A stretch of DNA of 64,000 nt from Alteromonas sp. (lineage in GTDB: Bacteria > Margulisbacteria > Marinamargulisbacteria > UBA6595): contig CAXPTH010000007.1 of the NCBI GenBank assembly GCA_964220215.1, forward strand, positions 1-64,000, given 5' to 3'. Both the position numbers and the translations under genes were made by a program. This document shows positions 59,948 to 64,000 of this stretch, piece after piece (the stretch's first letter is position 1; each line of letters begins with the position of its first letter). Below the pieces are notes generated by a model. That model was given only the letters and a program-made list of their open reading frames with translations. It was not told the origin of the DNA and searched no databases.

Positions 59948-60351
59948 AGTTCGGCTTTTAATCTTGAATATAATGTTTGTAATGATCGGCTGTATTTATC
60001 AACGATAAACGCTAAAACCTTTTTCATTGTTTCGTGATTATATGTATGGCTGGTTTCATTTCGTATTTCTATTGATTGCATCCAAATTTCAGCATCTTGA
60101 ATCATCTCATCTTGAAAAGCGCGACGGATTGTTTGCTTGCTATTTTTTACATCATCATAGCCTTTGTTTTCTAAATAATCCTTTAGCGTTTTCCAACTTA
60201 ATTCCTGCACAATCTCAAAGGCTTGAACCAGAGCCATTTGTTCTGCTTCATCATCCCTCTCATTCAAATAACCATCCAACCGTCTTTTAAAGACCCCGTA
60301 AGCATTATTGAGATTTTGAAATCTTTGCTTCCATCTTTCTTCATTATTCAT
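59944..60351 (-). CDS. HI0074-family nucleotidyltransferase substrate-binding / HEPN protein
   Basis: RWKQRFQN, QAFE..ELSWKTLKDYL, RNETSHTY. Confidence 0.88.
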   Translation of the reverse strand: MNNEERWKQRFQNLNNAYGVFKRRLDGYLNERDDEAEQMALVQAFEIVQELSWKTLKDYLENKGYDDVKNSKQTIRRAFQDEMIQDAEIWMQSIEIRNETSHTYNHETMKKVLAFIVDKYSRSLQTLYSRLKAEL

Positions 60352-60354
60352 TGT

Positions 60355-61887
60355 CTAGCCTCCTATTTTAACCTTCTTCAACTTTTCCAATATCCGTTGG
60401 TTAAGCGCTGCTTCCTCGGCAAGTTGGCTTTCAAATTCCTTTGTCAGCTCGCTAAAGCGTTCTTTAAAGTCAAAATCATCCTCTGTTTCTTCTAAGCCGA
60501 CATAACGCCCAGGGGTGAGTACATAATCCAGTTTAGCGACTTCTTCTACTTTTACCGTTTTGCAAAACCCTGCGATGTCTTGATAGCCGTCATCCTCGCT
60601 TTTCCATTTATGGTAAGTGTCAGCCACTTTTGCAATCTCTTCATCGGAAAGTTCTTTTGTGCGGCGATTGATCAGATGCCCAAGATTGCGGGCATCAATA
60701 AACAAGACCTCATCCCTGCGATAGGTTTTACCACGACGCATAAACCAGAGGCTTGCCGGGATTTGAGTATTTAAAAATAATTTCGCCGGTAGGTTTACAA
60801 CACAATCCACCATTCTTGCATCAATCAAGGCTTTTCGCATATCACCTTCACCCGATGATTTAGAGGTCAAGGAACCTTTCGCAAGGACAAATCCTGCCAA
60901 TCCGCCTTCGGGCTTCAAGTGATATAAAAAGTGCTGTATCCATGCATAGTTGGCGTTTCCCGCCGGTGGTGTGCCATATTGCCACCGTCCGTCATTTTTC
61001 AGAAGCTCTCCGCTCCAATCATTATCATTAAATGGCGGATTAGCGATAATATAATCAGCTTTAAGGTCTTTGTGAGCATCATTAAGAAAAGAGCCTTCAT
61101 TATTCCATTTGACCTGTGAGCTATCAATTCCACGGATTGCAAGGTTCATTTTTGCCAATCGCCAAGTGGTTTGATTGCTTTCCTGTCCGTAGATTGAGAT
61201 ATCGTTTACTTTCCCCTGATGTTCAGTCACAAACTTTTCAGATTGTACAAACATCCCCCCCGATCCACAGCAAGGGTCAAACACACGCCCCTTGTAAGGC
61301 TCCAGCATTTCAACAAGTAACTGAACCACTGAGCGTGGCGTATAGAACTGTCCGCCTTTCTTTCCTTCTGCAAGAGCAAACTCCCCCAAGAAATACTCAA
61401 AAACATGACCAAGAACATCAGCACTGCGAGCCTTTGCATCCCCAAGGGCAATGTTACTAATCAGATTAATCAATCCACCCAGATTAGTTGGATCAAGATT
61501 TCCACGGGCATAAACCTTTGGCAAAACGCCTTTTAGTGATGGATTATCCTTTTCGATTGCATCCATCGCGTTATCAATATCTTTGCCAATTTCATGACCG
61601 GTTGCACGGGACTTTAGGAACGACCATCTTGCATCTTGCGGCACAAAGAAGACATTTTCCGCTTTGTATTCGTCTTTGTCTTCTGGATCTGCTCCGGCAT
61701 AATCTCCTTCGCCGTTAGTAAGTTTTTCATGAAGCTCTTCGAAGCTGTCTGAGATATATTTTAAAAACATCAAGCCCAGCACAATATGCTTGTACTCTGC
61801 GGCATCAATATTTTTACGGAGCTTATCCGCTGCTGCCCATAATTGTTTTTCGATAGGTTCGTTCTTTGCGTTATTCTGTTTTGTCAT
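60355..61887 (-). CDS. hsdM: Type I R-M methyltransferase subunit M
   Basis: LWAAADKLR, GQFYTP, DPCCGSGG, ANPPF. Confidence 0.95.
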   Translation of the reverse strand: MTKQNNAKNEPIEKQLWAAADKLRKNIDAAEYKHIVLGLMFLKYISDSFEELHEKLTNGEGDYAGADPEDKDEYKAENVFFVPQDARWSFLKSRATGHEIGKDIDNAMDAIEKDNPSLKGVLPKVYARGNLDPTNLGGLINLISNIALGDAKARSADVLGHVFEYFLGEFALAEGKKGGQFYTPRSVVQLLVEMLEPYKGRVFDPCCGSGGMFVQSEKFVTEHQGKVNDISIYGQESNQTTWRLAKMNLAIRGIDSSQVKWNNEGSFLNDAHKDLKADYIIANPPFNDNDWSGELLKNDGRWQYGTPPAGNANYAWIQHFLYHLKPEGGLAGFVLAKGSLTSKSSGEGDMRKALIDARMVDCVVNLPAKLFLNTQIPASLWFMRRGKTYRRDEVLFIDARNLGHLINRRTKELSDEEIAKVADTYHKWKSEDDGYQDIAGFCKTVKVEEVAKLDYVLTPGRYVGLEETEDDFDFKERFSELTKEFESQLAEEAALNQRILEKLKKVKIGG

Positions 61888-61902
61888 TTTTTATCCTATT
61901 TA

Positions 61903-62223
61903 TTAATACCTTAAAGGTTCTGTTCCTCTATTTAAAATATCAAGATAATCTCTGTAAAGAAAGATCTTGTGTCGTTCTTTGCCTGTTATTTCTTTTACAA
62001 TTCCAAGATTTTCCAGGGCTGTTAAGCTTCTCATCACAGTTGGTTGAGACAGACCTGTTTTTTTACGGATTGATACTGTATTTGAAATCGGAGATTGCTG
62101 TAGATACGTGTGTATGGTCAATACCGCAGCAGCAGAATGATCAGAGTTTTCTATTCTTTTTCTGTCATTTGCAAAAATAAAGAACAAATTTTGAATTTTT
62201 TGTTCTTTGTTAAAAAATATCAA
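61903..62223 (-). pseudogene. C-terminal HTH remnant of a Fic-family gene
   Basis: TGLSQPTV…LENLGIVKEITGKER…YLDIL; catalytic Fic motif absent. Confidence 0.65.
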
Positions 62224-62256
62224 CCATAGATGTTCTTTAGGCGTATTTTCTAAGAA

Positions 62257-62574
62257 TTAGGCCTCATCCCCACACTGATTGGCTACCCACGCCCCATACT
62301 CAGCATTCACCGTCATCACAATCCGGCCAATGCACGGAACACTGTACGGATGATGCTCCGCAATCGATGCCGATACCAAATCCGCCAACGACTCCGTTGT
62401 TTTCATCACCGCCACCCACTCCGACTCCTCGGCAATCGTCCCCGACCACATATACACCGAATCCGCCGCCACCACATTGCCACACGCAATCAGCCGAACC
62501 AATACCAACGACCGAACCAACGCTTGCGCCACCGCCGCACTGGGGCACGGCACATAAAACAGAACTAAGTCCAT
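62257..62574 (-). CDS. cutA: Divalent-cation tolerance protein
   Basis: LIACGN, SVYMW.G, HHPYSVPC. Confidence 0.9.
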   Translation of the reverse strand: MDLVLFYVPCPSAAVAQALVRSLVLVRLIACGNVVAADSVYMWSGTIAEESEWVAVMKTTESLADLVSASIAEHHPYSVPCIGRIVMTVNAEYGAWVANQCGDEA

Positions 62575-63731
62575 CGGCCGTGCATCGTATCCACAATCAC
62601 CTGCGCCGCTTTCTCACACGCACCCCCAGCCCCCAACGAATCCCCAACTTTTTTCAAGGCATTGTGCACATCCATATGCCGCTGCGGATCCGTTAACAAC
62701 GCAACCACCTCCGGAATAATTAAATCCGCCCGACACCGCCGTTGAAAAAACTCGGGCGCAATCTCAGCCCGCGCCATAATATTGGGTAAGGAAATATACC
62801 CCAACTCCCGAAACCGTTTGCCCATCACTATATTGGCAACAAAATAAGAAAGCGCACTCAGCCGATACGCCGCCACAAATGGGGTGCCCAAACACGCATG
62901 CTCCAAAGTAACCGTCCCCGAGGCCACCACCGATACCGCCGTATGCTGAATCAAAGCATGCTGATCCTGACACACACAGGTCACCCGTCCCGATACCCCA
63001 TAGCGCTGCAACACCGAATAAATTCGGTCTAAATACACCGGCGATGATACCGATATCACCCACTGCTCAGTACTTTTAATGGCCGCCTCAACCGGCGCAA
63101 TTAAACTCACAAACAACGCCAACAACTGCTTTAATTCCTGTGGCCGAGACCCCGGAAACAACGACACAATCCGCCGCGATGGATCCAGCCCGTATCGCTC
63201 ACAAAACATCTCGCGCCCATCATGCCGTCGAATTAAATCAACAATCGGATGCCCCACAAACACCGACCGCCCCCCAAGCTTAGTATAAAAGTCATGCTCC
63301 TGCGGAAAAATCGACAAAATCGTGTCCGTGTATTGAACCACATTGCGCCCCCCTTTTTCCGTCCCCCACTGCCACTCCTGCGGCGAAATATAATACAACA
63401 CCGGAATGCCCAACCGCTTCGCCGCCCGAATAAACACCTGGTGATACCCCTGATAATCAATCACCACCACCGCCACGGGCTTCATGACTCGTAAAATCCA
63501 CTTCATTCGAAAATACGTCACAATTAATTTTGGAATATACCGAAACGGCTCAATAAACCCAATGGTTGACGCCGTAGTCATGTCCGCTAAAACGTGTACC
63601 CCCGCCGCACGCATGCGATTGTGCCCCATGCCCACGCATTCAACATCCGGATACAAGGCCCGAACCGCTTTCGCCAAGGCCGCACCATAGTGATCCCCAG
63701 ACACCTCACCCGCACTAATGAACAACCGCAT
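62565..63731 (-). CDS. lpxB: Lipid-A-disaccharide synthase
   Basis: AGEVSGD, YISPQ.W.W, FVGHP, PGSR, SGTVTLE, SLPNI. Confidence 0.93.
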   Translation of the reverse strand: MRLFISAGEVSGDHYGAALAKAVRALYPDVECVGMGHNRMRAAGVHVLADMTTASTIGFIEPFRYIPKLIVTYFRMKWILRVMKPVAVVVIDYQGYHQVFIRAAKRLGIPVLYYISPQEWQWGTEKGGRNVVQYTDTILSIFPQEHDFYTKLGGRSVFVGHPIVDLIRRHDGREMFCERYGLDPSRRIVSLFPGSRPQELKQLLALFVSLIAPVEAAIKSTEQWVISVSSPVYLDRIYSVLQRYGVSGRVTCVCQDQHALIQHTAVSVVASGTVTLEHACLGTPFVAAYRLSALSYFVANIVMGKRFRELGYISLPNIMARAEIAPEFFQRRCRADLIIPEVVALLTDPQRHMDVHNALKKVGDSLGAGGACEKAAQVIVDTMHGRWT

Positions 63732-63735
63732 GCGC

Positions 63736-64000
63736 TTAACGCCCTCGCAAGGCCGCAATAGCCTGCGCATGGTTTGAAGCCCCAAACAGATACGACGCAC
63801 TGATCAAATCCGTTGCACCCGCCGCAATTAATCCCGGCGCATGGTCCGCATTCACACCCCCATCCACACTAATCACCCCATCATATACCGCCCGTAAAGC
63901 CGCAACTTTTGGCACCACCGCCGGCATAAACGCCTGGTTGGAAAACCCCGGATCCACCGACATCAACAACACAGCATCACACCCATCTAAAATGGGCTCA
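63736..64000 (-). CDS. rpe: Ribulose-phosphate 3-epimerase, 3' part
   Basis: LLMSVDPGF..Q.F, SVDGGVN. Confidence 0.9.
   Translation of the reverse strand, partial: EPILDGCDAVLLMSVDPGFSNQAFMPAVVPKVAALRAVYDGVISVDGGVNADHAPGLIAAGATDLISASYLFGASNHAQAIAALRGR

Overview
Bacterial chromosome segment from a diderm, LPS-making organism. The TIGR03492-like lpxB paralogue, short gyrB and photolyase cluster suggest a light-exposed Candidatus Margulisbacteria-like lineage (inference only). The backbone is housekeeping: dnaG, M23 peptidase-bactofilin-tatD, gyrBA, rpmF-plsX-fabHDG-acpP-fabF, rsmE-rnpB-tRNA, gmhAB/lgt/glmU-like/fabI, ftsH, two photolyases, aroA-hisD-folPK-tsaE, cutA-lpxB-rpe and five tRNAs. 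Accessory elements: (1) an integrase-less integron-type cassette array whose complete cassette has long inverted repeats in its 5' and 3' flanks, with the next cassette broken by an IS; it sits directly downstream of (2) a CdiA-like two-partner-secretion toxin and a lipoprotein immunity candidate; (3) isolated orphan genes, including a eukaryotic-like U-box protein; (4) a RAPP-motif leader gene ahead of a TonB receptor and a PepSY gene; (5) two AT-rich tRNA-adjacent islands, one with a HEPN toxin inside a type I R-M operon whose MNT antitoxin is fused to HsdS and which lacks hsdR. No CRISPR array or rRNA was seen.
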